DNA of 32,000 nt from Pyrodictium occultum (GCF_001462395.1 NZ_LNTB01000001.1:1410001-1442000); one strand, 5' to 3'; counted from the first letter of the stretch, positions 6,702-16,754 are shown. Made by a program: numbers and translations. Notes: generated by a model not told the origin, from the letters alone.

Positions 6702-8383
6702 GCGGGGGTGGGCCTGCTCTCCGGGCTCCTCTTCCCCTGGGCTAGGCGGCGGAGGAGGAGGTAGTACTCTACGCCCTGGATGAGCGCGTCGAGGCTCGCC
6801 TCCACGATGTTGTCGGAGACCGCTACAGTTGTCCATGCCCTGGAGCCGTCGGTGAGGGTTACCTCCACTCTCACCTTGCTGGCTGTGTGCCGGGCCTCGC
6901 CGGGGAGGGTCACGCGGTAGTCTATGAGCCTCACGTTCCCCGGTGTGCCGGGCAGCAGCTTCTCCAGCGCCGCCCTGAGGGCCTCGTCGACCGCGTGCAC
7001 CGGGCCTCCCCCCTCGCCTGCCGCCAGCGCCTCGGCCGCGCCGGTGGAGAGCTTCACCAGCGCCCAGCTCCTTGAGCCCCGTGGGCCGCCCTCGCTTACC
7101 ACCCTCCAGGCCTCGAGCCGGAAGGCCTCCTCGCGTAGGCCCAGCTCCTCCGCCAGGATGAGGAGCGCGGATGCCGGGGCGTTGTCGAAGCTGTAGCCGC
7201 TGTTCTCCAGCTGCTTCACCCTCTCAAGGGCCCTGCGGAGCCTCGGGTCCCGCTTGTCCAGCTCCAGGCCCAGCTCGCTCCTAGCCCAGGCGGCGAGGTT
7301 GGCTGCGCCGCTCAGCTCCGAGACTGTGAGCCTCCTCTCGTTCCCGACGAGGCCCGGGTCTATGTGCTCGTAGGCCCTGGGGGTCTTCAGGACCGCGTCG
7401 ACGTGGACCCCCGCCTTGTGGGCGAACGCGTTGTCGCCCACGTAGGGCTGGTAGGGGTTCGGCTTCAGCCCCGCTAGCTCGTAGACGAGCCTGGAGACGC
7501 TGCGGAGGAGGCGGAGCCCCTCGGGGTTCCGCAGCGCCCTGACGCCGAGCTTCAGCTCCAGGCCGGGGACCACCTGGCAGAGGTCGGCGTTCCCCGTCCT
7601 CTCCCCGATACCGTTGACCGTGGCCTGGACGTGGGACGCGCCCGCGGCCACGCCTATGAGCGTGTTGGCTACGGCGCAGCCGCAGTCGTTGTGCATGTGC
7701 AGCCCCAGGGGCGTCTTCACCCTGCCGCGTACCTCGCGCACCACCTGGTAGACCACGTGGGGCGGCGTGCCGCCGTTGGTGTCGGCTAGGACCAGCCTCT
7801 CGGCCCCAGCCTCCTCGGCCGCCCGGAGGACGCTGAGCGCGTAGTCCGGGTCCTCCAGGTAGCCGTCGAAGAAGTGCTCGGCGTCGAATATGACGCGGAC
7901 CCCGTGCTCGCGGAGGTAGCGGACGGTGTCGTAGACCATGTCCAGGTTCTCCTCGGGGCTGGCCCGGAGCACCTCCCTCACGTGGAGGGTCCAGGCCTTG
8001 CCGAACACTGTTACCCAGCGTGTGCCGGCGTCGAGCACCCTGGAGAGCAGCGGGTCGTCCTGGGGCCTCACGCCCTTGCGCCGGGTGGAGGTGAAGGCCA
8101 CTATCTCGGCGTTCTCGAGGCTGTAGTCCCTTAGGACGCGGAACACCTCAGCGTCCTTAGGGTTGCTGCCGGGCCAGCCCGCCTCGATGAACGCTACCCC
8201 GAGCCTGTCGAGCTCGAGCGCTATCCTCACCTTGGCCTGGAGGCTGAAGGAGACGCCGCGGGCCTGGGCGCCGTCGCGGAGAGTCGTGTCGAGGACCTCG
8301 ACGCTCTCGGGGAGCCTCGCGTCCCCTGGGAGGAGCTTGAGGTACCTGGCTGCGTGGAGTCTAGCCGCGGATTTCCCGACCAC
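6698..8383 (-). CDS. cimA: (R)-citramalate synthase / 2-isopropylmalate synthase family enzyme, long LeuA-related type with a C-terminal regulatory domain
   Basis: 561 aa. Motifs: LDTTLRDGAQ, EAGWPGSNPKD, DAEHFFDGY, LADTNGG, HMHNDCGCAVANTL, NGIGERTGNA. These resemble the CimA-type subfamily. Substrate cannot be fixed from sequence. Confidence 0.85.
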   Translation of the reverse strand: MVGKSAARLHAARYLKLLPGDARLPESVEVLDTTLRDGAQARGVSFSLQAKVRIALELDRLGVAFIEAGWPGSNPKDAEVFRVLRDYSLENAEIVAFTSTRRKGVRPQDDPLLSRVLDAGTRWVTVFGKAWTLHVREVLRASPEENLDMVYDTVRYLREHGVRVIFDAEHFFDGYLEDPDYALSVLRAAEEAGAERLVLADTNGGTPPHVVYQVVREVRGRVKTPLGLHMHNDCGCAVANTLIGVAAGASHVQATVNGIGERTGNADLCQVVPGLELKLGVRALRNPEGLRLLRSVSRLVYELAGLKPNPYQPYVGDNAFAHKAGVHVDAVLKTPRAYEHIDPGLVGNERRLTVSELSGAANLAAWARSELGLELDKRDPRLRRALERVKQLENSGYSFDNAPASALLILAEELGLREEAFRLEAWRVVSEGGPRGSRSWALVKLSTGAAEALAAGEGGGPVHAVDEALRAALEKLLPGTPGNVRLIDYRVTLPGEARHTASKVRVEVTLTDGSRAWTTVAVSDNIVEASLDALIQGVEYYLLLRRLAQGKRSPESRPTPA

Positions 8384-8556
8384 CCATAGCCTCCGTCCCT
8401 CCCGCCGCGGGTGGGAGGCGGGTGGGCTGGGGGCCGGCGGCCTCTATAAACGTGCCGCGGCGCCTGGGGAGGGCTGAGGGGCTTGGGCGAGGTGCTGGGG
8501 GAGGGCTAGCCGCGGGCGTGCAAAAGAGGGGGAGGCGGGCCCCTGGGGGTTCGGGG

Positions 8557-9759
8557 CTACTTCTGCTCCTCCTTGGGGTGGAAGAGGCGGTTGAGGTAGC
8601 TCTGCTCCCAGCGGTCCTTCTGGAGGGTGTAGTCGCGCTTGGGCTCCGGGTCCTTGCTGGGCTTCGGCGGCTGGGTGGTGAAGTTGAGGCCGAACTGGAC
8701 GCTGAGTGTCTCCAGCTTGCCCTGGGTGTTGCCCACGTAGGCCCAGCCGAGGAAGGCGTACTGGACGCTGGCCGGCTGGCCGCCCAGCTCCTCTATGATC
8801 TTGTTGGATGCGTACAGGGCGCTCTCGTAGGCTATCTCCTGGTTCTTGGGGAAGGGCAGCTTCGCGGTGTCGCCGGCCGCCAGCACGTCGTCGTACTTCG
8901 GGCTCCTGGGGTCGGTGGGGTTCCTTACCTCCATCCAGGGGTCTCCGAGGCCCGCCTCGGCTATGAACCTGGGGGCGCGGTTGGGCTCCAGGAGGGCTAG
9001 TATCGTGTACTCTATCTTCTCGCCGCTCTCGAGCACTACCTCGTTGGGGGTTATCTCGACTATCTTCTGGCTTGTTATCAGCTCTATGCCGGCCTCCTCG
9101 TAGAGCCTGGCCACCACGTCGGCTATCACGGGGGGCTGGGTCTTCGGATTGGCGTCCACGTGGACTATCCTGAAGTTGTTCCTCACGCCGCGGTAGCGGA
9201 GCACCTGGTCGATGGCCATAGCTGTCTCGGTCGGGGCGGGGGCACAGCGGTAGGGCATGGGCGGGGCGTAGACGACGACTGTGCCCTTGGTGGCGGTCCA
9301 TACGCGGTGCTTCAGCACGTCCACGCGGCCGGGCTCATAGACGTTGGCTATCCTGTGCCAGTTCTCCCTGTAGCCCTCTATGCTGGAGCCGTCGAACACG
9401 ATGCCCGGGGCTACTATGAGGTAGTCGTACTCTATGCTGTTCTCCTTCCTGGTGACGTAGCTCCTGGTGGGGGACTCGGTGTAGTAGACGCGGCGCTCGG
9501 CCGGGTCGATCTTGTAGACGTTGCCGAACACGAAGTTGATGCCCTTGGCGGCAGCCTCCTCGTAGCCGCGTATCATCCTCTCATACTTCTGCTCGCCGGT
9601 CAGGAGCAGGGGGCGGCTGGGCCCGGTCATGTAGAACGGGTCCTTGGTTATGACCGTCACCTCTACCTGGTCGCCGACGCGGTCCACCAGGTTGTGGGCC
9701 GCGCCCATGCCGGCTATGCCGCCGCCGATTATGACTACCCTCTTCTTCTGGCCGGCCAT
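8557..9759 (-). CDS. FAD-dependent sulfide:quinone oxidoreductase-like flavoprotein
   Basis: The track ORF runs to 9978, but the first 73 codons are Pro/Arg-rich and cross AT-rich promoter DNA. The start is chosen at the ATG at 9759 ([21 protein letters not shown], an FAD dinucleotide fold). Further motifs: PYRCAPAP..E and AAGD. Amphipathic C-terminus. An alternative ATG lies at 9792. Confidence 0.8.
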   Translation of the reverse strand: MAGQKKRVVIIGGGIAGMGAAHNLVDRVGDQVEVTVITKDPFYMTGPSRPLLLTGEQKYERMIRGYEEAAAKGINFVFGNVYKIDPAERRVYYTESPTRSYVTRKENSIEYDYLIVAPGIVFDGSSIEGYRENWHRIANVYEPGRVDVLKHRVWTATKGTVVVYAPPMPYRCAPAPTETAMAIDQVLRYRGVRNNFRIVHVDANPKTQPPVIADVVARLYEEAGIELITSQKIVEITPNEVVLESGEKIEYTILALLEPNRAPRFIAEAGLGDPWMEVRNPTDPRSPKYDDVLAAGDTAKLPFPKNQEIAYESALYASNKIIEELGGQPASVQYAFLGWAYVGNTQGKLETLSVQFGLNFTTQPPKPSKDPEPKRDYTLQKDRWEQSYLNRLFHPKEEQK

Positions 9760-9980
9760 GGCTCCACGCCCTCTCCTGGCGCTATCCTTCATGTATTCGG
9801 GCGTGTAAATACATCGCGGGGTGTAGGGGCATAAAAACGTAGTTGCATCGTATTGAAAATAATAGACTTGGTTGGAGTTGCTTCGGTGAGGCGGGCTCTT
9901 AGCAGAACGCTGCGGGCGGGGCCCGGGTGGGCGCGGAGCCCCCGGGGGCCCCGATCCCGAGGGCAATACACATAGCAATG

Positions 9981-9994
9981 CGAAACTTTATACA
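9981..9994 (+). promoter_or_regulatory. BRE/TATA-like promoter element
   Basis: cGAAACTTTATAca shares the 10-mer AAACTTTATA with the element at 25571-25584. It lies about 95 nt upstream of the sfsA-like TTG. Confidence 0.4.
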
Positions 9995-10088
9995 CATAAT
10001 GATTGAAACTCTTCCACGGTATAGGCCTGGGAGATAAAGGGGGGCGACGGGAGGGCTAGGGCGATAAGCCCCCGGGGGGCGCCCCTGG

Positions 10089-10754
10089 TTGATCCTTGCC
10101 GAGGCACGGGTGGTGGAAGCCGAGCCTGCGGGGCTGCGCTGGCCCTGGCTCCTGGCGCGGCTCGGCGGCAGGCTGGTCCGGGTGAGCGCGGCCAAGGCTC
10201 CCCGGGTGCTGGTGGCCGGGGCGGAGAGGCTCCTCCTCACGCCCTCCGGGCTCGGGGGCTACAGGCTGGCTGCCGTGGCCCGCGGGGGCCTCCTGCTGCC
10301 GGTGGACCACCGGCTTGTGGAAGCGGGGTTTCCAAGGGCTGCTGGGCTCCTCTACCGCGACCCCGGGGCGGTGGTGGAGAGGGAGAGGTGGCTCAACGGC
10401 GCCAGGGTGGACTACCTGGTCTCCACCCGCGGGGGCCTGGTGCTGGTGGAGCACAAGACCGTGGTGCATGCTGGCCTGGGGGAGGCGGTCTACCCTAGGG
10501 GCCGCGTGGACCCGAGGCTGGCGAGGCAGCTGGAGGTCATGTGGAGGGCCGCGGGGGAGGCAGGCGCGAGGGCCGAGCTTGTGGTGGCGGTGGCGGGGCC
10601 CGCCGGGGGGCTCGCGGTCCGGGATCATGGCTTGAGGGGGCTCCTGGCCGCCTGGGCTCCGAGGCTGGGGCTGCGGGCCTACCGTGTCGGGGCCCGCTGC
10701 CGGGGTGGGAGGCTGGAGCTGGTCTACCAGGGGGATCTACCGGTACACCTCTAG
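10089..10754 (+). CDS. sfsA: SfsA-like PD-(D/E)xK nuclease-fold protein
   Basis: 221 aa. ARVDYLV..GLVLVEHKTV...AVYPRGRVDPRLARQLEVM...GARAELVVAV parallels E. coli SfsA RIDFML..CYIEVKSV..YFPDAVTERGQKHLREL..RAVIFFAV. TTG start. An in-frame stop at 10065 limits any upstream extension. Confidence 0.6.
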   Translation: MILAEARVVEAEPAGLRWPWLLARLGGRLVRVSAAKAPRVLVAGAERLLLTPSGLGGYRLAAVARGGLLLPVDHRLVEAGFPRAAGLLYRDPGAVVERERWLNGARVDYLVSTRGGLVLVEHKTVVHAGLGEAVYPRGRVDPRLARQLEVMWRAAGEAGARAELVVAVAGPAGGLAVRDHGLRGLLAAWAPRLGLRAYRVGARCRGGRLELVYQGDLPVHL

Positions 10755-10963
10755 CCCCCTGAGGGCTTCAGGGGGGTGACGAGTAACCCCGGTGAGACCC
10801 GGCTGAAGACCCTCCCCCGGGGGGCCGGGGGAGGGGGTGACTGGAGCCCCGCATCGCCGACCCTCCCTTTAGACCCGCCTCCCACGCCCGGGGGGCTCCG
10901 GCGGAGGAGGGCTGGCCCACGGGGGCGGTGCGAAGACGCGGGGGGTAACCGTTTAATCCGGGC

Positions 10964-12690
10964 TTGGACCGTTATCCCTTCAGTCTCAGGCGCCTGGCCT
11001 TGCCCGGGCTCCCCGAGCGTGTGCCCCGGAGGCCTGGCTACGAGCTGACCCTCAGGAGGATCTATGAGCGGACGCTCAGCCTCTTCCCAGGGATGGAGAT
11101 CGTCTACCGTACCCGGCGGGGCGTGGAGAGGTACACCTTCTCCGCCGCTGCCGAGAGGATGCAGGCCCTGGCCGCCGGCCTCGAGAGCCTCGGGGTGGGC
11201 CGCCTCGAGCCGGTGGCCACCCTTGACTGGAACACCCACTGGCACTACGAGGCGTACTTCGCCGTCCCATGATGGGGGCTGTGCTCCACCCGGTCAACGT
11301 CCGGCTCGCTCCGGCGGAGATAGCCTACATTATGAGGCAGGCCGGGGACCGGGTCGCGATAGTCCACCGCGACTTCCTCCCCCCTGGTGGAGGCTGTGGC
11401 GCCGCAGCTCGAGCGGCTCCGGGCGGTCATAGTGGTGGACGCCGAGTCCCACCCCGACCATATCGCCGGCAGGCCCCTCTACAACTACGAGGACCTGGTG
11501 AGGGAGCACCGGGGCGGCTACGAGTGGCCCGAGCTGGACGAGGACCAGCCCGCCGCAATGGGGTATACCAGCGGCACCACCGGGCTCCCGAAGGGGGTGT
11601 ACCACAGCCACCGGATGATAGTGCTCCACACCCTGGCCGCCGGCCTGCACCTGGCCGCGTCCTCGCCCAGCGTGAGGGTGAGCAGCGGGGACACGATACT
11701 CCACATAGTCCCGATGTTCCATGTCTACAGCTGGGGGCTCCCCTACCTAGCCACCCTGCTGGGCATGAAGCAGGTGACCCTAACAAGCTGGACGCGGGCG
11801 TGCTCCTCCGCCTCATAGCTGAGGAGGGGGTCACCCTCACCGCCGGGGTGCCGACGATACTCTACATGCTGCTCAGCCACCCCGACTCCGAGCGCTACGA
11901 CCTTAGGGGCCTCAAGTTCATCAATGGCGGCTCCGCGCTCCCCAGGGGCCTGGCCGAGCTCGCGGCCAAGCGCGGGGTAAGGGTGGTAGTCGGCTACGGC
12001 ATGACCGAGACGGCGCCGGTGCTGACGATTGCGCTGCCCCACGCCGGGATACGGGACGCGGAGGAGAGGTGGCTGGACTACGCCCTCCGCACCGGCTGGC
12101 CGGTGCCCCTCGTCGACCTCCAGGTCGTGGACGAGGAGATGAGGCCCGTGCCCAGGGACGGGAGGACCATGGGCGAGATAGTGGTCCGCGCCCCCTGGGT
12201 GGCGCCCGAGTACTACATGGACAGTGAGAAGACCCGGGAGGCCTGGCGCGGGGGCTGGTTCCACACCGGCGACGTGGCGGTCTGGTACCCCGACGGCAGC
12301 GTGGTGATAGTGGACAGGGAGAAGGATATCATCAAGAGTGGGGGCGAGTGGATAAGCTCCACGAGGCTGGAGGACGCGATAAGCCTCCACCCCTGCGTGG
12401 CGGAGGTGGCGGTTGTGGCGGCCTACCATCCGAAGTGGCAGGAGCGCCCCGTGGCAGCCGTGGTTCCGAGGCCGGGCTGCGGGGACAGGGTGACCACGGA
12501 GGAGATAAGGCGCTTCCTCATGGAGAACTTCGTCGAGAAGGGCGCTATACCGAAGTGGTGGCTCCCCGGCCGCGTGGTGGTTGTAGACCAGCTGCCCAGG
12601 ACAAGCGTCGGGAAGATAGACAAGAAGAAGCTAAGAGCGCAGCTCCGCGGCATACTGGCCGGGGAGGCTCCGGGGGAGGGGAAAGGCTAG
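10964..12690 (+). pseudogene. AMP-forming medium/long-chain acyl-CoA synthetase with its frame broken three times, either a pseudogene or sequencing errors
   Basis: The protein is continuous only when frames are spliced. YFAVP|MMGAVLHPVNVRL joins at 11266-11268. DFLP|LVEAVAPQL joins at 11379-11384. GMKQVT|PNKLDAGVLL joins at 11778-11780. It has the AMP-binding motif YTSGTTGLPKGV plus GYGMTE, HTGD and PRTSVGKIDKK. Confidence 0.85.
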
Positions 12691-12731
12691 CACCCCCGGG
12701 GCCCTAGGCTCGGCGGCGAGGATGCACCGCG

Positions 12732-13445
12732 TTGCCCGTGGACCCCCGGAGCATAGTCGCCGCAGCCCTCAGGGAGGGCCGCTCCAAGCTCCTCGAGCAC
12801 GAGGCCCTAGCGCTCGTGGAGGCCTACGGGGTGCGGGTTCCGGGCTACCGGCTGGCCCGGAGCCCCCGCGAGGCCGCCGAGGCCGCCAGGGAGATCGGGT
12901 TCCCGGTGGCCCTGAAGATAGTGAGCCCCGACATAGTGCATAAGAGCGATGTGGGCGGCGTGGTGCTGGGCCTCGGCACGCCCGGGGAGGTGGAGAAGGC
13001 CTACAGCGAGGTAATCGAGAGGGTGAGGGAGAGGGCGCCGGGGGCCCGCGTGGTGGGCGTGCTGGTGCAGGCCATGGCTCCCCCGGGCGGCGTCGAGCTC
13101 GTGGTCGGGGCTGTCCGGGACCCCGTCTTCGGCCCCGCGGTCATGTTCGGGCTGGGCGGGATCTTCGTGGAGGTCTTCCGGGACGTGAGCTTCCGCGTGT
13201 CGCCCTTCACCCGGAGGGACGCGGAGGAGATGATCAGGGAGGTGAGGGCGTACCGCATCCTCCGGGGCGTGAGGGGGCTGCCGCCGAGGGATATAGGGGC
13301 GCTCGTCGACATAGTTATGGCTGTCCAGAGGCTCATGGAGGAGAACCCGGAGGTGCGGGGGCTCGACATAAACCCGGTGCTGAGCTACCCGGAGGGGGCC
13401 CTGGCTGTGGACGCGCGCGTGGTGCTCGGGGAGGGGGCTAGGTGA
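12732..13445 (+). CDS. ADP-forming acetyl-CoA synthetase beta-subunit-like ATP-grasp protein
   Basis: 237 aa. LLEHEALALVEAYGVRVP, GFPVALKIVSPDIVHKSDVGGV, VLVQ, GPAVMFGLGGIFVE and DINPV match the AcdB/ATP-grasp_5 layout. TTG start. No alpha subunit is in the window. Confidence 0.75.
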   Translation: MPVDPRSIVAAALREGRSKLLEHEALALVEAYGVRVPGYRLARSPREAAEAAREIGFPVALKIVSPDIVHKSDVGGVVLGLGTPGEVEKAYSEVIERVRERAPGARVVGVLVQAMAPPGGVELVVGAVRDPVFGPAVMFGLGGIFVEVFRDVSFRVSPFTRRDAEEMIREVRAYRILRGVRGLPPRDIGALVDIVMAVQRLMEENPEVRGLDINPVLSYPEGALAVDARVVLGEGAR

Positions 13446-14556
13446 CCAGCCTGGCTAGGGCCTCGACGCCGCCCCTCCGCAGGGCCTCGTGTATCTCCAG
13501 CGCTATTCTCTCCCCGAGGCTGAGGGGCCTGTCGAAGTAGAGGCTGCTGTACTGCCCGCCCCAGGCCATGACCGCGTTGGTGCCACCGCCTATCCTGGGG
13601 GCTATATCGTAGACCACCAGGCCCAGCTCAGGGGTCGCTATGGCCTGGAGGGTAAATGGGCCCAGGACGCCGGGGGGCTCGAGCCTCGCAGCCGCCTCGG
13701 CGAAGCGGAGGCCCAGCTCGAACACCCGGTGGAGCATGCTCTCCCTTATCGTCACGGGTATGTGGCCTATCTCTATCATCCTGGGCTCCACCGCGCCCTC
13801 AAGCCCCTCCTGGATCCAGGCCGGGAGCCTGTTTAGATCGTCTATGTTGGTCTGGAGCCTCCTGTCTATGCTGTGCAGCTCGAGCCTCCCGTAGACGAGG
13901 CTCTGGAAGAAGTTGAGGTTGAAGTGGGCGCCCGGCACATACTCCTCAACCGTCATGGCCTTGAGGCTCTCCTCGTCTATAACCCCCTTCTCCATGAGCT
14001 CCCTGAGCTTCTCGACCGCCGCCTTCCCGTCGCGGGCTATGAAGAAGGCTCTCTCCACCCTCCTCCTGGCCTCGGGGAGCTTCACTATTACGGGGCCGTC
14101 CGCGTCCTCGGGCCTCTCGTAGACCCTCGGCCTGGGGATGCCCGCCTCGTCTAGGAGGCGGTAGTAGTTCTTCCCCCCGACCCTCTCCTCCCAGCGGAGG
14201 AGGAACCGGTTCCCGAACACTGGCACGAGGAACTCGTTCTCTATCCCCTCGTAGCCCACGTAGACCGCGAAGCTCCTGTTGGGCACGAAGACGGTGTTGA
14301 GCCTCCTCATCTTCTCCTGCACTTCATCCCGGAGCATGTCCCGGTAGTCGTCCAGGACCAGCAGCTCGTCCACCACGGGGAGCATGCGGTACGCCAGGTC
14401 CCGGCCCCGCTTGGCCACGGCGAGGGTGCGGAACCCGAGCCTCCGGGCCCCGCGGAGCACGTCTAGGGCGGAGTGGCTGGCGAGTACGCCTATGGTTACC
14501 CGGGAGGGGTCGTAGCGGCGGAGTACCTCCTCCACCTCTCCACGCTCTATGGGCAA
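13438..14556 (-). CDS. purP: 5-formaminoimidazole-4-carboxamide ribotide (FAICAR) synthetase, ATP/formate dependent
   Basis: 372 aa. IGVLASHSALDVLRGARRLGF..., ATP-grasp core, and C-terminal ...GGGTN... are typical of archaeal PurP. TTG start. 8-nt convergent overlap with the previous gene. Confidence 0.8.
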   Translation of the reverse strand: MPIERGEVEEVLRRYDPSRVTIGVLASHSALDVLRGARRLGFRTLAVAKRGRDLAYRMLPVVDELLVLDDYRDMLRDEVQEKMRRLNTVFVPNRSFAVYVGYEGIENEFLVPVFGNRFLLRWEERVGGKNYYRLLDEAGIPRPRVYERPEDADGPVIVKLPEARRRVERAFFIARDGKAAVEKLRELMEKGVIDEESLKAMTVEEYVPGAHFNLNFFQSLVYGRLELHSIDRRLQTNIDDLNRLPAWIQEGLEGAVEPRMIEIGHIPVTIRESMLHRVFELGLRFAEAAARLEPPGVLGPFTLQAIATPELGLVVYDIAPRIGGGTNAVMAWGGQYSSLYFDRPLSLGERIALEIHEALRRGGVEALARLVT

Positions 14557-14624
14557 GCCCGGGGCACCGTATGGGCCGCTGAGGCCCCGGGCGCGGGATA
14601 AAACAGCCCCTTCCCCCGTGGGGG

Positions 14625-15212
14625 CTACTGGAGGGCTACGAGCACGAGGCCCTCGGCGAGACCTATCACCGCGCCGAGGGCTAGGCCGGCGAGCTCTATG
14701 AAGCGTAGCTCCCTGCCCGCTATCCTGCGGAAGAGGGCCTCCATCTCCCTCGAGTCGAGGGCTGATACCTGCTCGGCGACGAGCTCCCCAACCCTGACCC
14801 TGCCGGCCGCGGAGGAGGCTAGGGACTGGAGTATGGGCGAGACTATGCTCTCCGAGACAGCGTCAGCTATCTTGGCCACGTAGCCCTCGAGCGCCGCGTA
14901 TAGGATAGGGTTGGAGCGGAGCATGCCCCTGAGAGCGTTCTCTATGGCGCTCCTCGCCGCCTCCTCCATGCTGGACTGCAGGTCCCGCTGCAGCCTCGGG
15001 GTCTTCAGGTACTCCTCCGCGATCTCCCCGAGCCTCCTGGCGAACTCCTCCTTCTTAGCGGGGATCAGCCCCTGCACCCTCAGGCCGAGGAGGGGTATGC
15101 GGACGGGCCTGTAGGGGCGGAAGAGGAGCTGGACAGCCACCACGTTGGTAACGTAGCCGACGAGGGCACCCACGAGCGTGGACACGAGCAGCGTAGCCAA
15201 GGCCCCGGCCAC
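14625..15212 (-). CDS. DUF445-family membrane protein
   Basis: 195 aa. GYVTNVVAVQLLFRPYRP....GLIPAKKEEFARRLG is the DUF445 signature. It has a C-terminal TM helix. Confidence 0.7.
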   Translation of the reverse strand: MAGALATLLVSTLVGALVGYVTNVVAVQLLFRPYRPVRIPLLGLRVQGLIPAKKEEFARRLGEIAEEYLKTPRLQRDLQSSMEEAARSAIENALRGMLRSNPILYAALEGYVAKIADAVSESIVSPILQSLASSAAGRVRVGELVAEQVSALDSREMEALFRRIAGRELRFIELAGLALGAVIGLAEGLVLVALQ

Positions 15213-15280
15213 GGCCGCTAGGCACCTCTTTCCTGCAGGCCCCCGGGGGGCCGCCCCCCGGCCCCGGTATATAGGGCACC

Positions 15281-15943
15281 CTAGAGCCCCTGCTCCTCCA
15301 TGTAGCGGAGAAGCTCAACGGTCTTGCAGGCCACGTAGCAGTGGCCGAGCGCCGCCACCGCCACGAGCCCCGCCAGGGGGCTGCCGGCGAGCCCGGCGAG
15401 GAAGACTATAAAGAGCCTCACATCCCTCCCCGCTATGCCCGGTATCCTTCCCACCAGCACCGGGTGCCGGCCGGCCAGCTTCTCCCCCACGCCATGCAGG
15501 TAGGACACCATCAGGTCGCCCGTGACGGCGAGCAGCGCGGCCGCCCCCGCCGCCAGGCCCCCGTGGCTGGCGAGCACCGCGAGGGACATGCCCGCTAGGA
15601 GGGCTATGTCGGAGAGCCTGTCCAGCACCGTGTCTAGGAGCGCGCCTGCCCTGCTCTGCCTGCCAAGGGCCCTGGCCAGCTCCCCGTCCACCCCATCCAC
15701 TATGGAGCCCGCCTGCGCCAGGAGCCCGCCCAGCCAGGGAAGCCCGGCGGCGAACGCCAGGCCCCCGAGGGCCACGAGGACGGTGGCCAGCACAGTCACC
15801 GCGTCGGGGCTCGGGGGCCTCGGGAGGCGTAGGAGCATCAGGGTTATCCGGGTTGAGAGCCTCCTGTTTATCAGCCTCGAGACAAGCCCGTCGGTGGGCT
15901 TAGCCAGGCCCGCCGGCCTAGCAGCGGAGCCAGGAGAGGACAT
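15281..15943 (-). CDS. CDP-alcohol phosphatidyltransferase, probable di-myo-inositol-phosphate-phosphate synthase (DIPPS)
   Basis: 220 aa. DGVDGELARALGRQSRAGALLDTVLDRLSD is the D-G-x2-A-R-x8-G-x3-D-x3-D motif. Polytopic. It overlaps the upstream cytidylyltransferase gene by 26 nt. Confidence 0.75.
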   Translation of the reverse strand: MSSPGSAARPAGLAKPTDGLVSRLINRRLSTRITLMLLRLPRPPSPDAVTVLATVLVALGGLAFAAGLPWLGGLLAQAGSIVDGVDGELARALGRQSRAGALLDTVLDRLSDIALLAGMSLAVLASHGGLAAGAAALLAVTGDLMVSYLHGVGEKLAGRHPVLVGRIPGIAGRDVRLFIVFLAGLAGSPLAGLVAVAALGHCYVACKTVELLRYMEEQGL

Positions 15944-16754
15944 GGTCCACCACCCTCCTCCTCTCCCCCTTCTCCGCCTCCTCGAGGTCCCGGGGCGTGT
16001 CTATCTCCGTCCAGGGCTGCCCGGAGGCCTCCGCCACGTAGAGGAGGCCCCGGGCCGCCAGGCCGCTGGTGAGCGTGTTGAGGGAGAGGACCCCGCCCCC
16101 GGAGGCGAGGGCCCGGCGGGCTTCCTCGGCCAGGCCGGCGGGCCTCGCCGCGTGGACCCCGGTGTCCACGTGGCTCCAGTACCGCAGCCCCTTCCCCACC
16201 GCGTAGCCTATGCCGCCGGATGCCTGCAGCCGGGTCGCCTCCTCCACGTCCACGCAGCAGGGGTCGCCGTCGCCGGCGATGCCGTAGTGGGCCCAGCCGG
16301 GGAGGGGCTGGAGCCTGGCCGGGAGGAGGGGCGAGTAGACGTGGTCGCTCATCGATACGTAGACCGGCTCCCAGCCCAGGCCCGGGCAGCCCCGGCTAGC
16401 CAGTAGGAGGCTGTAGCCGTTCTCCCTCCACGGCTCCTCGTTCACAACCACGTCCACCGCCCCGGGGCCGTAGATGCTCTCCGCCAGCCCCCTAAGCTCG
16501 CCGGCCAGCTCCCTCCGGGTCACTATGCACGCCTCGGAGACGCCTAGCAGGTGGAGGACGCTGAGCGGGTACCAGGCGAGGGGCCGGCCGCGGAGCCTCA
16601 CCAGGGGCTTGGGGCCGCCGAGCCTCCTCCCTAGCCCCGCCGCGAGCAGCACCGCATACCGGGCAGCGGCCACGAGGCCGGCACCTCCGAGCTGTGGCGG
16701 CCAACGCACGGGCTGCAGGGCGTCGAGGGGGTCGCCATCGCTGGGCTTCAACAC
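15918..16754 (-). CDS. nucleotidyltransferase, probable CTP:inositol-1-phosphate cytidylyltransferase (IPCT)
   Basis: 278 aa. AVLLAAGLGRRLGGPKPL is the NTP-transferase G-rich loop. It is translationally coupled to the CDP-alcohol transferase. Start uncertain: GTG at 16754 or GTG near 16673. Confidence 0.65.
   Translation of the reverse strand: MLKPSDGDPLDALQPVRWPPQLGGAGLVAAARYAVLLAAGLGRRLGGPKPLVRLRGRPLAWYPLSVLHLLGVSEACIVTRRELAGELRGLAESIYGPGAVDVVVNEEPWRENGYSLLLASRGCPGLGWEPVYVSMSDHVYSPLLPARLQPLPGWAHYGIAGDGDPCCVDVEEATRLQASGGIGYAVGKGLRYWSHVDTGVHAARPAGLAEEARRALASGGGVLSLNTLTSGLAARGLLYVAEASGQPWTEIDTPRDLEEAEKGERRRVVDHVLSWLRC

Noticed and set aside
9760-9978. 73-codon N-terminal extension of the SQR-like ORF in the track.
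   Set aside because: The extension is Pro/Arg/Ser-rich and runs through AT-rich promoter-like DNA. The FAD-binding fold begins right after the ATG at 9759.
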